Part shown: positions 30,758-41,156 of the stretch, piece by piece
Layout: each line of letters starts with the position of its first letter
Position numbering within the stretch: the stretch's first letter is position 1
Virus record (IMG/VR): IMGVR_UViG_3300044859_001080
Coordinates: 21,298-85,297 of that record
Length of the DNA: 64,000 bases
Direction: 5' to 3' (one strand)
Origin: a virus
Position numbers and translations under genes: made by a program
Notes under the pieces: generated by a model
Seen by the model: only the letters and a program-made list of their open reading frames with translations
The model's database searches: none
Told to the model about the DNA's origin: nothing

Positions 30758-31582
30758 ATGAATTTACATGAGGTTGCAAAAGATATTAGAGATATTATTG
30801 CTAAAAGACAAGAAGAATTAAATTTGACATTTATTGAGGAGGATCACATATATCATATGAATGGTAAAAGTGATTATCCTTCTGTATCAAAAATAATTAA
30901 AAAATATTACAAGGAATTTCCAGGAGAAGAAATTGCTCACAGAAAAGCAAAGGGGGATGAGGTTAAAGCACAAAAGTATTTGACTGAATGGGCAGAAAGT
31001 GCAAACTATGCAGCAAACCTTGGTTCTAGTGTCCATTTCTTTTTGGAGCAAAGACTAATTCATATGTATGGTGATTATAAGAAAATTAGGCAACCTGTTT
31101 TTGAGTGTGATTTAACACAAGAGATTATGTCTGATAGAATGATATCAGCTGGTTTTGCTTATCTTAATCTTATGCATGATAGAGGTGCTGTTCTTATTGA
31201 CACAGAAATGGTATTGGGGGATCCCGACCTTGGGTATGTTGGCCAGCCAGATAAGGTATGGTTAATCCCAAATAAGGAAAAGACAGATTATGGAATTGTT
31301 ATTACAGACTGGAAGACAAACAAGGAGAAAAGTTTCCAGGTTTCCACCTTCACAGAGAATATGTTTAAACCCTTTGAGAAGTATTCCAGCACAGCCCTAG
31401 CGCATTATTATATACAATTACCACTCTATGGTAGGCTGCTACTTAAAATGCTCTCACAATCAAAATATGAGGGAATTAACTTTTATGGTTCAGTTATTTG
31501 TCATCTAAAATCAGAGGGGGGTTATGCAGAATATAAAGTTCCAAAAGAGGTGAATGAGATTGTTTTTAATCTAAAAATATAG
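30758..31582 (+). CDS. PD-(D/E)XK exonuclease
   Basis: PSVS, GSSVH, E...GQPD, DWKT, Y..QL..Y. Confidence 0.8.
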   Translation: MNLHEVAKDIRDIIAKRQEELNLTFIEEDHIYHMNGKSDYPSVSKIIKKYYKEFPGEEIAHRKAKGDEVKAQKYLTEWAESANYAANLGSSVHFFLEQRLIHMYGDYKKIRQPVFECDLTQEIMSDRMISAGFAYLNLMHDRGAVLIDTEMVLGDPDLGYVGQPDKVWLIPNKEKTDYGIVITDWKTNKEKSFQVSTFTENMFKPFEKYSSTALAHYYIQLPLYGRLLLKMLSQSKYEGINFYGSVICHLKSEGGYAEYKVPKEVNEIVFNLKI

Positions 31583-31603
31583 TTAGAAATATTTTCACAG
31601 AAG

Positions 31604-31635
31604 TTTGGTTTGTTTGAATATTGTTCTTATCTTTG
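31604..31635 (+). promoter_or_regulatory. Bacteroidota sigmaA-type promoter
   Basis: TTTG (31604) -N20- TATCTTTG (31628). Confidence 0.75.
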
Positions 31636-31658
31636 CAACCTAATCAAAACAAAACAAC

Positions 31659-32453
31659 ATGACAACCAACCAATTCAAGTATGTGGGACAAGGAATTAAG
31701 CCAGAAAACTTTATATATGTTGGCTATTACACCTCATTTACAGTACCAAATGGTGAGGATGGGTATGACACCGAGACCGAGTTTGAGGTTGATTTTGATA
31801 AGATTGGCGTGGATGACCCAAAAGGTTGGATGGGTAATTTTGACCCAAAGGGCAACAAATGTTCTTGTTGCAACCATGCCATAAAGAGGGGGTCATTCTT
31901 CTTGAATCAAGAAACCTCTGATTTAATTTATGTTGGGTTTGATTGTACCAACAACATTATGAAATATACCTTTGATGTTGAAGGTATTACCAAGCAAACT
32001 ATGGCTCAACGCAAGAGAAGGTTGAAGCAGATTGAAATAGCCAAGATATTAACATCTAATGAAGGTTTGGAGGAAACATTATCTGTTAATGATGTTAAAA
32101 TTAGAGAGATTGCAAGCAAGTTCTTCAGTTCAGGCAAGATTTCAGAGAAACAAATAGAATTTATTAAAGTTTTAGCAGAGAGAAGAAGGCAGTTGGAATT
32201 AGTTGCAAATGAGGTTGTTGTGGGAAGGTATAAAAGTTTATTCAGAGTTATTTCCTGCAAAGGTATTGTTGACTCCTACACTGGTTCAGTTAAATACAAG
32301 TTGTTGATTGAGAATATTGAAGGTAAATGGAAGGCCTATGGTAATGTAGGTAGCCTTATTGGGCTTGGTGAGGAAATTACTGCTACTGCAACATTCAAAA
32401 AATCAGATAATGACCCATTATTTGGTTATTTCAGCAGAATTAAAGTTTGGTAG
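31659..32453 (+). CDS. Hypothetical early protein with Zn-binding motif
   Basis: CSCC.H...VG.DC; follows a host-type promoter. Confidence 0.6.
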   Translation: MTTNQFKYVGQGIKPENFIYVGYYTSFTVPNGEDGYDTETEFEVDFDKIGVDDPKGWMGNFDPKGNKCSCCNHAIKRGSFFLNQETSDLIYVGFDCTNNIMKYTFDVEGITKQTMAQRKRRLKQIEIAKILTSNEGLEETLSVNDVKIREIASKFFSSGKISEKQIEFIKVLAERRRQLELVANEVVVGRYKSLFRVISCKGIVDSYTGSVKYKLLIENIEGKWKAYGNVGSLIGLGEEITATATFKKSDNDPLFGYFSRIKVW

Positions 32454-32511
32454 ATTCACCCCTTATTATTTATTATATACATTTCATTAACAAATTAAAA
32501 TATAAAATAAT

Positions 32512-32742
32512 ATGGACTTTACATTAGGCGTGCTTTTAAAATCAAAATCATTTGGTTTGTTTGCAAATGCAATAGGTGAATATTGTACAGTTAGCACTTT
32601 TTATGTAAAAAATACAAAAAAAATTCAAGTAATTTTTGCAAAACCAGGAGAAATAGCAAAAAGACCTGCAATTAATACAATTTCTGAAAATAAAGTAAAA
32701 AAATTACTTATAAATGAAGGTTTCCAATTAGTGGAAAAATAA
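32512..32742 (+). CDS. Hypothetical protein
   Basis: 76-aa ORF with A-rich leader. Confidence 0.5.
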   Translation: MDFTLGVLLKSKSFGLFANAIGEYCTVSTFYVKNTKKIQVIFAKPGEIAKRPAINTISENKVKKLLINEGFQLVEK

Positions 32743-32798
32743 TATTGGCAATATATTGATAGAATGATTTTATTTATCTATGTTTACAAAAAAACAAT

Positions 32799-33578
32799 AT
32801 GATAAATAAAATCATTCATTTTTCTGATTTACATATTAGGTTATATAAGGATCATAATTTGTTTAGGGAAATATTATCTGAAGCATTTAGCCAATGGGTA
32901 GAACTAAAACCAGACAGAATTGTTTTTACAGGAGATTTGGTACATAGCAAGAACCAGATGACTCCTGAACTTGTAGAGTTTATTGTCTGGGTTCTTGAGG
33001 AGTGTGCAAAGATTAGTAAGACCATTATCATAATTGGCAATCATGATTTCCTAGAAACAAATATGGATAGATTAGATGCTATTACTCCAATTGTAGATTC
33101 AATAAAAAATCCAAAAATTAGTTATCTTAAAGATCGGGGGGTTTATGTTGATGAGAACATTAACTGGTGTGTATATTCGTTAATGCAACATAATATCCCC
33201 CCAGACATCCCAAGTTCCGAATCATTTAATATTGGCTTATTTCATGGTCCAGTTAATGGATTGAAAACTGATTTAGGTTTTAGTATTGAAGATGGTTATG
33301 AAACTGATATATTTAAGGGTTGTGATATTGTTTTTTGTGGTGATATTCACAAACGTGCAATATTTGATATTCCTGGGGGTAAAAAAGCAATAATGGTTGG
33401 TAGCACAATTCAACATAATATGGGGGAAACCATATCAAATCATGGATATGGAATATATACAATTGATGATGATAAATATGAATTTGTTGATTTGGATAAC
33501 CCCCAGCCATATTTAAGTTTTAAGATAACTTCATATGATGATATAAAAAATAATAATGAAATTTTAACAAACAAATAA
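32799..33578 (+). CDS. Mre11/SbcD-like nuclease (gp47-like)
   Basis: SDLH, TGDL.H, GNHD, FHG, GDIH. Confidence 0.85.
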   Translation: MINKIIHFSDLHIRLYKDHNLFREILSEAFSQWVELKPDRIVFTGDLVHSKNQMTPELVEFIVWVLEECAKISKTIIIIGNHDFLETNMDRLDAITPIVDSIKNPKISYLKDRGVYVDENINWCVYSLMQHNIPPDIPSSESFNIGLFHGPVNGLKTDLGFSIEDGYETDIFKGCDIVFCGDIHKRAIFDIPGGKKAIMVGSTIQHNMGETISNHGYGIYTIDDDKYEFVDLDNPQPYLSFKITSYDDIKNNNEILTNK

Positions 33579-33579
33579 T

Positions 33580-34170
33580 ATGAAAACACAGATTATAACA
33601 AATGATGCTTTCTTTATTGATATCATCAGATATTGTGAGGTAAATAATATTCCAGATATTGATGATTTCGTATCACAATGTTTGAAGTCAGGATTTTATA
33701 TTGAGAAGTATGGGGTATTAGGTCATAATGTTGAAAGCCAACCCAAAGAAATTATCAGAGAGGTTGAAAAGATTGTTGAAGTCACAGTTGATAGAATTGT
33801 TGAAAAGATTGTGGAGGTTGATAGGATTGTTGAAGTCCCAGTTGATAGGATTGTTGAGATAACAAAAGAAGTCCCCATATATAAAGAAATAATTAAGGAA
33901 GTGCAGACTGGGGGTGTTAGGGTTGAAATCAAAGAGATTGAGGTAATTAAGGAAGTTCCAGTTATCCAAGAAGTTTTTGTTATCAAGGAGGTTCAGATGG
34001 AGAATACAGAATGTGAAAATGAATTAAGTGATTTCAAGATGAAAGTTAATTCAATGACTGAAGAATTAATAAATAAGAATAGAATTATAGAAGATTATAG
34101 AAGATTATTTTCTGATATGACAAATCAGTCAGCAAGATATCATAAATCATCAAACATAAAAATTAGATAA
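33580..34170 (+). CDS. Protein with EKIVEVPV (alveolin/articulin-like) repeats
   Basis: EKIVEVTVDRIVEKIVEVDRIVEVPVDRIVE. Confidence 0.65.
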   Translation: MKTQIITNDAFFIDIIRYCEVNNIPDIDDFVSQCLKSGFYIEKYGVLGHNVESQPKEIIREVEKIVEVTVDRIVEKIVEVDRIVEVPVDRIVEITKEVPIYKEIIKEVQTGGVRVEIKEIEVIKEVPVIQEVFVIKEVQMENTECENELSDFKMKVNSMTEELINKNRIIEDYRRLFSDMTNQSARYHKSSNIKIR

Positions 34171-34171
34171 T

Positions 34172-34510
34172 ATGGACATTTTAATTTGGGTTTTCACAAG
34201 CTACGGTCTTATGAACATAATGGTTTATGGATCAATATTTTCAGGGTTAAGAGATTTTTTTAACAATACAGGAAAGAGGGATATTTTAATTATATCCCCC
34301 ATTTTTAGATTTATTTATGGGATTATATCTTGTCCAATGTGTTTCAGCACTTGGGGTGGATTTTTCTTGGGGGCATTCATTTATTCCCCAACAATGCAAT
34401 ATCTTGGAAGTTGTTATGAGATGTCTTGGTTTTTTGATGGGATATTTTCATCAGGAGTTGTTTGGGCATTAAATTCAATTATTGAATGGTATGAAAATAA
34501 ATCAAACTAA
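34172..34510 (+). CDS. Membrane protein (DUF1360-like)
   Basis: Hydrophobic, with CP.C.S.W motif. Confidence 0.55.
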   Translation: MDILIWVFTSYGLMNIMVYGSIFSGLRDFFNNTGKRDILIISPIFRFIYGIISCPMCFSTWGGFFLGAFIYSPTMQYLGSCYEMSWFFDGIFSSGVVWALNSIIEWYENKSN

Positions 34511-34511
34511 T

Positions 34512-36833
34512 ATGGAAGAAAACAAAACATGGGTTAACCCCAATATTAGGGTTATCTGGGAGGATCATCCAGAGAATATTACCCAAGATAAGATTAAAGA
34601 TGTTAGGCAATATTTTGCAAGAAAATATGGGACAACAAATGTTAATGTTATTACCAAAGTAAAATATGAAGATAAGGTGTTGCAATCAATTGATGTATCA
34701 TCAAATATCTTGGATATTAATTATCAAAATAATTTGATTAGGAATTTGCTTGAAACAAATAGCAATTTGGATTATTATGATAAAATTATGGAAATCAATA
34801 ATATTGTTGAAAACAAATTGGTGCTGGAAAATCAAGAGCCAACACAATTCAATAAATGGTATATTAAGAGAATTAGATTTAGCAATTTCTTATCTTTTGG
34901 TGAAAACCAAGAACTTGATTTTGATAAATTAAATGGGATAACCATTGTTGAATCAACCCCCCAGAACACAGGTGGTAAAACCACTTTGACCATTGACTTA
35001 TTATTATTTTTATTTTTTAATACCACAACAAAGAGCAGCAAGGCAGAAGATATTTTTAATAAATTCACAAACAAAGATACAGTTCAGGTTGTTGGGGATA
35101 TTGTTATTGATGGTGAGGAATATATGATATCCAGAAGAATGGATAGGAAAAAGAATAAGACAGAAGAATGGAAAGTAAAAAGTGAATTATCATTTGATAA
35201 GAAATTAAAAAATGGTGAAATTCAGAATTTGAAGGGGGAGCAAAGAAGGGAAACCGAATTATTTATTAAGAACACAATTGGCAATATGGATGATTTCTTG
35301 GCCACCATATTAACAACTGGGAACAATCTTGAAGATTTATTGGAATCAAAACCCACAGCCAGGGGTCAATTGTTGGGGAGATTTTTGGGGTTGGAACATT
35401 TAAAGAAAAAGGAGGATTTTGGCAAAGAAGTTTATCAAGAATTTTCAAAACGAATGTTCTCAAACGTTTACAATGTGGAGAAATTAAAGACAGAGAATCT
35501 GGATTTGGTTGAAGAAGTTAAGGAGTTGGAAATAAATTTGGAAAAATTAAGTAAAGATTTAAAAGATTATGAAGAAAGACTGGAAAAAGGTAATCAGTAT
35601 AAAAATGAATTATATACTTCAAAGTATTCTGATATTGATAAGGAATTATTAATTGTAAATGTGCAATCATTGGAAACTGAAATAGCAACAATCAATGCAA
35701 ATAATTTCAGAATAAATGATATGATTAAAGCAATTAATTCTGATAAGCCAGAAAATTTCTATGATGAAGATGAACATGATATCTTGAAGGAAAATATTAT
35801 GGACACCAAATTGAATAAACAATTATTGAAAGCAAAGATTGATGAAATAACAAAATTAATTAAAACTTATGGTAATGGTATTCAATGTGAACATTGCGGA
35901 TTAAATCTTATTGATGCAGAATTTACAAAGGCAAAAGTGGATTCCTTGGATATTCACAAGAATGAATATGAAGTTATTTCAAATTTGGTTATTGAATTGG
36001 AAGCAAAACATGAACAACTCAATAAATTAAAAAAAGATTTTGATGCTTATGAAAAAAATAAGTTAATAATTAAAAAACATAACTTATCTTTGGAGGCAAA
36101 TGTTATCAAAATAGAAAATTTAGAGAGAACCATTAAAAGATATTTGGAAGTTCAAGAGAAGATTAAAAAGAATAATCAAATAGATACATTAATAATTAAA
36201 GCAAATAGTAAGATAGATGAATTAACTTTTGAAAAAAATAAAATAACAAAAGATATTAGTGGTATTGAGATAAAAATATCAAATTATAAAGAAAAGACTG
36301 AAAAGAATTTAACAATTATTGAAAAAATATACAAAGAACAAGAAGAGGAAAAACAATATAAGATTTATTTGGATTTGTTTGGCAAGAATGGAATTTCTAA
36401 AATGATAATGAAAACTATGTTGCCAGTTATTAATTCAGAATTGCAAAGATTATTATTAGATGTTTGTTATTTCACATTAGATGTCAAAGTTAATGACAAG
36501 AATGAGGTTGAATTTGTTATGATTGATAATAACACTGGTGTTGAGAAATTAATGACAACAGGATCTGGATATGAGAAAACAATAGCATCATTGGCATTAA
36601 GAGCAGTATTAAGCAAAGTTTGTTCATTACCAAAACCAAATATCTGGGTTGCAGATGAAGTATTTGGTAAGGTGTCAAATGAAAATTTAGATATGATGGG
36701 TGAATTTTTTATTCGATTAAAGAGTTATTTTGAAAAAATATTGTTAATTTCGCATAACCCTTTAATCAGCAACTGGGGGGAATCAAAAATAGTTGTTGAA
36801 AAGAAAAATAATGTTTCAAAAGTTTTGATTTAG
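34512..36833 (+). CDS. Rad50/SbcC-like ATPase (gp46-like)
   Basis: NFLSFG, Walker A N.GGKTT, CEHC zinc hook in coiled coil, SG.E signature, Walker B ADE, ISH. Confidence 0.9.
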   Translation: MEENKTWVNPNIRVIWEDHPENITQDKIKDVRQYFARKYGTTNVNVITKVKYEDKVLQSIDVSSNILDINYQNNLIRNLLETNSNLDYYDKIMEINNIVENKLVLENQEPTQFNKWYIKRIRFSNFLSFGENQELDFDKLNGITIVESTPQNTGGKTTLTIDLLLFLFFNTTTKSSKAEDIFNKFTNKDTVQVVGDIVIDGEEYMISRRMDRKKNKTEEWKVKSELSFDKKLKNGEIQNLKGEQRRETELFIKNTIGNMDDFLATILTTGNNLEDLLESKPTARGQLLGRFLGLEHLKKKEDFGKEVYQEFSKRMFSNVYNVEKLKTENLDLVEEVKELEINLEKLSKDLKDYEERLEKGNQYKNELYTSKYSDIDKELLIVNVQSLETEIATINANNFRINDMIKAINSDKPENFYDEDEHDILKENIMDTKLNKQLLKAKIDEITKLIKTYGNGIQCEHCGLNLIDAEFTKAKVDSLDIHKNEYEVISNLVIELEAKHEQLNKLKKDFDAYEKNKLIIKKHNLSLEANVIKIENLERTIKRYLEVQEKIKKNNQIDTLIIKANSKIDELTFEKNKITKDISGIEIKISNYKEKTEKNLTIIEKIYKEQEEEKQYKIYLDLFGKNGISKMIMKTMLPVINSELQRLLLDVCYFTLDVKVNDKNEVEFVMIDNNTGVEKLMTTGSGYEKTIASLALRAVLSKVCSLPKPNIWVADEVFGKVSNENLDMMGEFFIRLKSYFEKILLISHNPLISNWGESKIVVEKKNNVSKVLI

Positions 36834-36853
36834 AAAAATAATTGTTAACTTTG
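36824..36853 (+). promoter_or_regulatory. Bacteroidota sigmaA-type promoter
   Basis: TTTG (36824) -N18- TAACTTTG (36846). Confidence 0.55.
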
Positions 36854-36865
36854 CAAAAAAATAAA

Positions 36866-37351
36866 ATGAAGAATTACAACTTGACAATTTACAAACCAAA
36901 GAAAAATTTTGTATTAGATTCTTTTATTGATGAGTTTTCTAATATATCTGACACAGAACCATTAATGACAGAGGTTGGTGATTCTATCATTATGATTTTT
37001 GGTTCAGATGTTGACTTGGTTGATTTAGCCACAGTACTATCAAGTATTTTATTTGATACTTGTTATGGTTATACATTAGTTGAGATAGTGAATGATTATG
37101 CTGCATTCTTTCCAATGGAAAACTTTGTAAGTCTGGGACTAAATGATGCACCAAATGAATTTAGCAAAGGGAATAAACCATTCCTTGGTATTTTAAAAAG
37201 TGATAATTTAACCAAAGTCTACTCAGTTATTAATGAAGGTGAATCAGAAACAGATTTGGATTTAATCCTTGAAAAGATTTCCAGCAAGGGTATTAGTTCA
37301 TTGACATCAATTGAAAAAGAATTATTACAGAATTTCTCTAAACAAAATTAA
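36866..37351 (+). CDS. Hypothetical protein with C-terminal DUF6576-like motif
   Basis: DLILEKISSKGISSLTSIEKELL. Confidence 0.55.
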   Translation: MKNYNLTIYKPKKNFVLDSFIDEFSNISDTEPLMTEVGDSIIMIFGSDVDLVDLATVLSSILFDTCYGYTLVEIVNDYAAFFPMENFVSLGLNDAPNEFSKGNKPFLGILKSDNLTKVYSVINEGESETDLDLILEKISSKGISSLTSIEKELLQNFSKQN

Positions 37352-37354
37352 AAA

Positions 37355-38152
37355 ATGAAAGAAAAAAAGTTTCTAATGATTAACCAGTCTGAAATATCAT
37401 CTTACTTAAAAGATGTTAGAAAACACAAAGTTATGAACGCTGAAAGAGAGCGTGAATTGGCTAAAATTATGTTAAATCCCAACACAACTGATGCACAGAA
37501 GTCATTAGTTAAGAAGGAATTAGTTGAAGGCAATTTAAGGTTTGTTATTAGTGTGTGTAAGCAGTATCAAAACCAGGGGTTGGATTTGTCTGATTTGATT
37601 GCAGAAGGTAATTATGGGTTATTGAAAGCAATTGATAAGTTTGATTGGACCAAGAATTTAAGATTTATTTCTTATGGTGTGTGGTGGATTAAGCAAGCTA
37701 TTATTGAATCCTTAAATGATAATGCTAGAACAATAAGACTGCCTGTTAATATTGTTCAAGAATATCATAAGATTAAAAAGTTCTTAAATGAATTTGATAA
37801 TAGTACACCAAGTAAATTGACAAATCTGGCACACACAATTGACTTAGATTCAACTTTAAATGAAGATGGGGATACATTACTTAATGTGATTAAGAATGAG
37901 AATGCTGACAACCCAGAGGATGTATTTAGCACCAAGCAAATTTTAAGGGAAAAACTTTTGAATATTTTATGCTTGCTCGATTGTAGAGAAAAGGTTATCA
38001 TTGAGGATTACTTTGGATTAAATGGCTCAGTTAGGACATTAGAAGAAATTGGTGGCGAGTTTAACCTAACAAAAGAAAGAGTTCGCCAAATAAAAGAAAA
38101 AGCACTAAAAAAACTCAGAAATGAGTCAAAAGTGTTATTTGAATATATTTAA
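37355..38152 (+). CDS. RpoD/SigA-family RNA polymerase sigma factor (no region 1.1)
   Basis: NLRFVISV.KQY, DLI.EGN.GL.KA..KFD, FISY.VWWI.QAI, RTIRLP, TLEEIG..F.LTKERVRQIKEKAL. Confidence 0.92.
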   Translation: MKEKKFLMINQSEISSYLKDVRKHKVMNAERERELAKIMLNPNTTDAQKSLVKKELVEGNLRFVISVCKQYQNQGLDLSDLIAEGNYGLLKAIDKFDWTKNLRFISYGVWWIKQAIIESLNDNARTIRLPVNIVQEYHKIKKFLNEFDNSTPSKLTNLAHTIDLDSTLNEDGDTLLNVIKNENADNPEDVFSTKQILREKLLNILCLLDCREKVIIEDYFGLNGSVRTLEEIGGEFNLTKERVRQIKEKALKKLRNESKVLFEYI

Positions 38153-38172
38153 TAATAATAAAAAACAACAAC

Positions 38173-38457
38173 ATGGAAAATTTTAGAAAATTTTTAGCAA
38201 AGAATTTTACATTAATTGTATTTATTTTTTTGGTTATTGGCTGGTTTAAAGGATGTGGTGACACAAAAGAAATTGGTAAAATTAACGATGAAATTAAAGC
38301 AATTAAAGATTCAACTTACACCAAAATGGAATTGGATAAACAATTAAAAATCATGAGTCTTGAAACTGAAAAAAGGTTTATTCAATCTACTGATAGAAAA
38401 ATACTTGATGTAAACAGGCAAGCACAAATAGATTTAGAATTAGAAAAACTTAAATAA
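38173..38457 (+). CDS. Membrane-anchored protein / possible lipoprotein
   Basis: N-terminal hydrophobic helix ending in FKGC. Confidence 0.5.
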   Translation: MENFRKFLAKNFTLIVFIFLVIGWFKGCGDTKEIGKINDEIKAIKDSTYTKMELDKQLKIMSLETEKRFIQSTDRKILDVNRQAQIDLELEKLK

Positions 38458-39291
38458 ATGAATATTGTTAGTAAGAATTTAGAAAAAATAGTATATTTTG
38501 CATTTCTAGTGCCGATTATAACTGTAGCGGTTGTTTCAATATCACACGTTACTAGTTGGTATGGTTTAACTAATAATTCTACTTGGGCAATTTATTTATC
38601 TGTTGGTGTGGAGATTGCTGCTTTGTCAGCCTTGGCAGCAATCTCTGTTCATATGGGAAAGACTGTATATATACCTTTTGGTATAGTTACATTAATTCAA
38701 TTGGTTGGAAACGTATTTTATTCCTACCAATACATTGATGAGTCATCAGAAGAATTTAAAGATTGGGTTGAGTTGTCAACTGTTTTCTTTCAATATATTA
38801 TTGATGAAAATGATATTGTTGGGCATAAAAGACTTCTTGCTATTTTCTCTGGTGGACTATTACCAGTTATATCCCTTTCTTTCTTACATATGTTGGTTAA
38901 GTTAAGAGATAAGGAAAAACTTCAAGATGAAGCTACTACACCAATATTAAATGATATTGAGTTAGAAGCGTTAAGTAGAGAGGCAGGTAAAATAGAGGCA
39001 AAAGAGGTTGAAGAAAAATATACCCCAACCAAGGAAGAATTAGGTTTGCTAGAAGTATATCTGGATAATCTAACAAAGGATAAGTCAGACCCAATACAAC
39101 CCAAACCAAGAAAGAAAGGCAATAAGCCGGGGGTCACCCCAACTTTATTGGAAGATACATTATTGAGTGATGATTCTGAAATAGAAGTGCCTAAACCTGA
39201 TACAAGTAGAAAGAAGAAATTAGAATTAAATAATAATTCTGAAGATATAAGTAGATTAACATATAGAAAAAGAAATGCTGGAGATAATTAA
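38458..39291 (+). CDS. Multi-pass membrane protein
   Basis: Four hydrophobic segments followed by a charged tail. Confidence 0.6.
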   Translation: MNIVSKNLEKIVYFAFLVPIITVAVVSISHVTSWYGLTNNSTWAIYLSVGVEIAALSALAAISVHMGKTVYIPFGIVTLIQLVGNVFYSYQYIDESSEEFKDWVELSTVFFQYIIDENDIVGHKRLLAIFSGGLLPVISLSFLHMLVKLRDKEKLQDEATTPILNDIELEALSREAGKIEAKEVEEKYTPTKEELGLLEVYLDNLTKDKSDPIQPKPRKKGNKPGVTPTLLEDTLLSDDSEIEVPKPDTSRKKKLELNNNSEDISRLTYRKRNAGDN

Positions 39292-39877
39292 ATATGGTGA
39301 ATTTAAACCAATAGGTAAGCAAAAGAATAAAAATAAGATAATATTAATTAATACATTTAGGGATGCCAAGAACTACTTGGTGTCCCTAAAATATAGGCAT
39401 AATGGTGAGTATGATAAAATTCCTAATTATATTATATCTAAAAAAGGTGAGGTTATTAAATTAATGGATGATGGGGGGTATTCTAATTTATTTGATGATA
39501 AGTTAATTAATTTTAATTCAGTTGTTATTGCTATTGAGAATTTGGGTTGGTTGGAAAAAAATCAAACCACAGGATTAAATAATAATTGGATTGGTGATAT
39601 TTATAATGGTCAACCCTATTATAAAAAGTGGAGGGATTATGATTTTTGGGATAATTATACAAATGCTCAAATTAATAGTTTGGCTATGTTGTGTTCTGAA
39701 CTTTGTGATAAAATGGGGATTAATAAAAAATTTATAGGTCACAACACTAAAACTGAAATTGGGGTAAAATTTAATGGAATATTGAGTAGGAGTAATATAT
39801 ATAAAACTTATACAGATATATCACCATCTTTTGATATAAAACTTTTTGAAAAAATTTTAGAAAATGGTAGAAAATAG
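39275..39877 (+). CDS. Amidase_2-like (N-acetylmuramoyl-L-alanine amidase fold) protein
   Basis: Y.I...G.V, N..SV.IAIEN, YT.AQ..SL..L...L, GH, D.SP.F. The first Zn-ligand His is absent. Confidence 0.7.
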   Translation: MLEIIKYGEFKPIGKQKNKNKIILINTFRDAKNYLVSLKYRHNGEYDKIPNYIISKKGEVIKLMDDGGYSNLFDDKLINFNSVVIAIENLGWLEKNQTTGLNNNWIGDIYNGQPYYKKWRDYDFWDNYTNAQINSLAMLCSELCDKMGINKKFIGHNTKTEIGVKFNGILSRSNIYKTYTDISPSFDIKLFEKILENGRK

Positions 39878-40460
39878 TTATGATGAGATGAAATCTCTTT
39901 TAAAGAAATCTAAAATGTTGTTTGAGCAATTCTCAGATTCCGGAAGACTTAATACAGCAGATAGTATATCAAATAAAATACGTAGTAGTGTGGCTATGAG
40001 TTCTGATGATGGGAATCAAGATAATAGAACTATGGGGGGTATGAATAATGGTGAAGAAGAAACTCAAAAGAGTTCAGATCGTCAACAAAAATATAAAATA
40101 TCTGGGGGTATATTTGTTTTACATGGAGATTCAAAAGCAGAGGTTGATAATATAACAACTGATGACAAATCATCATTCCAAGAAACAATGGATGAGTTTG
40201 TTGAAGAGGTTTCTGATTTGGTTGATTTTGATGAATTGCATTTGTATAAAAATAGTGTAGAGTGGGGTGGTAAATTGATAGATGATAATATTACTTTCCT
40301 ATATACAATTGGTGAGAATGGTGGTGTTTATATAAGCGCAGATATTGTAAAAATAGATGAGGATTTTTTAAGTATCATAACAAAATTAGAGCAGTATTAT
40401 CAAAAATTTAAATCAAAATGGTCAAAAATGTTAGCAATAAGGAAGAAAACACCCAATTAA
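39864..40460 (+). CDS. Hypothetical protein
   Basis: 198-aa ORF. Confidence 0.6.
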   Translation: MVENSYDEMKSLLKKSKMLFEQFSDSGRLNTADSISNKIRSSVAMSSDDGNQDNRTMGGMNNGEEETQKSSDRQQKYKISGGIFVLHGDSKAEVDNITTDDKSSFQETMDEFVEEVSDLVDFDELHLYKNSVEWGGKLIDDNITFLYTIGENGGVYISADIVKIDEDFLSIITKLEQYYQKFKSKWSKMLAIRKKTPN

Positions 40461-40828
40461 CAGGTAATTTCAATAGTATTCTGGATGGGGTATTGAAATT
40501 AATTTTAATATTAGGTTTGATATTTTTTGGTATTTGGATGTATAGGAAGACAGAACCCAAAGTTAAGTTAGACGATAAAACAAATCAAAAAATTGTTGAA
40601 TTGGATCAATCAAATAAAAGAATTGAGAATAATCAAAAAATTCTGGAAGAAAAGATTGACAAGTACATTTTAGAGATAAATGAAATTGATAGAAATATCA
40701 AAGACATAAACAATAAAAAAGAAATAGTTAGAAGATTTTATTATGAGAAAGTTATATCTATTGACACTTTCAATATGGTTGCCTTGGATAGTTTTTTCAC
40801 AAACAGATACAGTTTCTATTCAAACTAA
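40418..40828 (+). CDS. Membrane-anchored coiled-coil protein (spanin-like candidate)
   Basis: N-terminal TM plus coiled coil; overlaps next ORF by 86 bp; near the amidase. Confidence 0.5.
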   Translation: MVKNVSNKEENTQLTGNFNSILDGVLKLILILGLIFFGIWMYRKTEPKVKLDDKTNQKIVELDQSNKRIENNQKILEEKIDKYILEINEIDRNIKDINNKKEIVRRFYYEKVISIDTFNMVALDSFFTNRYSFYSN

Positions 40829-41156
40829 ATCATTCCCAATAACAATTGTTAAGGAAATAGCAAAAGATTTGATTAGATATGATTCAGTTAAGAATGAATT
40901 ATTACATGTTAACAACCTAATTCTGGAAACAGAAAAGAAAATATATTTAAAAGATTCTTTATTATTCTCATATATTGAAAAAGAACAAAAGTATAAAGAT
41001 ATTATAAAAATAAATAATGAAAAGTATCAAGTACTTGAAAGTAATTTTGTGAGTAATCAAAATTTATTAAAGAAAGAAAAAATGAAAAACACAATAAATC
41101 AAATCCTAATAGGTTTATCCATATTTGGATTCACATATTCTATAATTTTTAAATAA
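40743..41156 (+). CDS. Signal-peptide coiled-coil protein with C-terminal TM (spanin-like candidate)
   Basis: MRKLYLLTLSIWLPWIVFS-Q signal peptide and hydrophobic C-terminus. Confidence 0.5.
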   Translation: MRKLYLLTLSIWLPWIVFSQTDTVSIQTKSFPITIVKEIAKDLIRYDSVKNELLHVNNLILETEKKIYLKDSLLFSYIEKEQKYKDIIKINNEKYQVLESNFVSNQNLLKKEKMKNTINQILIGLSIFGFTYSIIFK

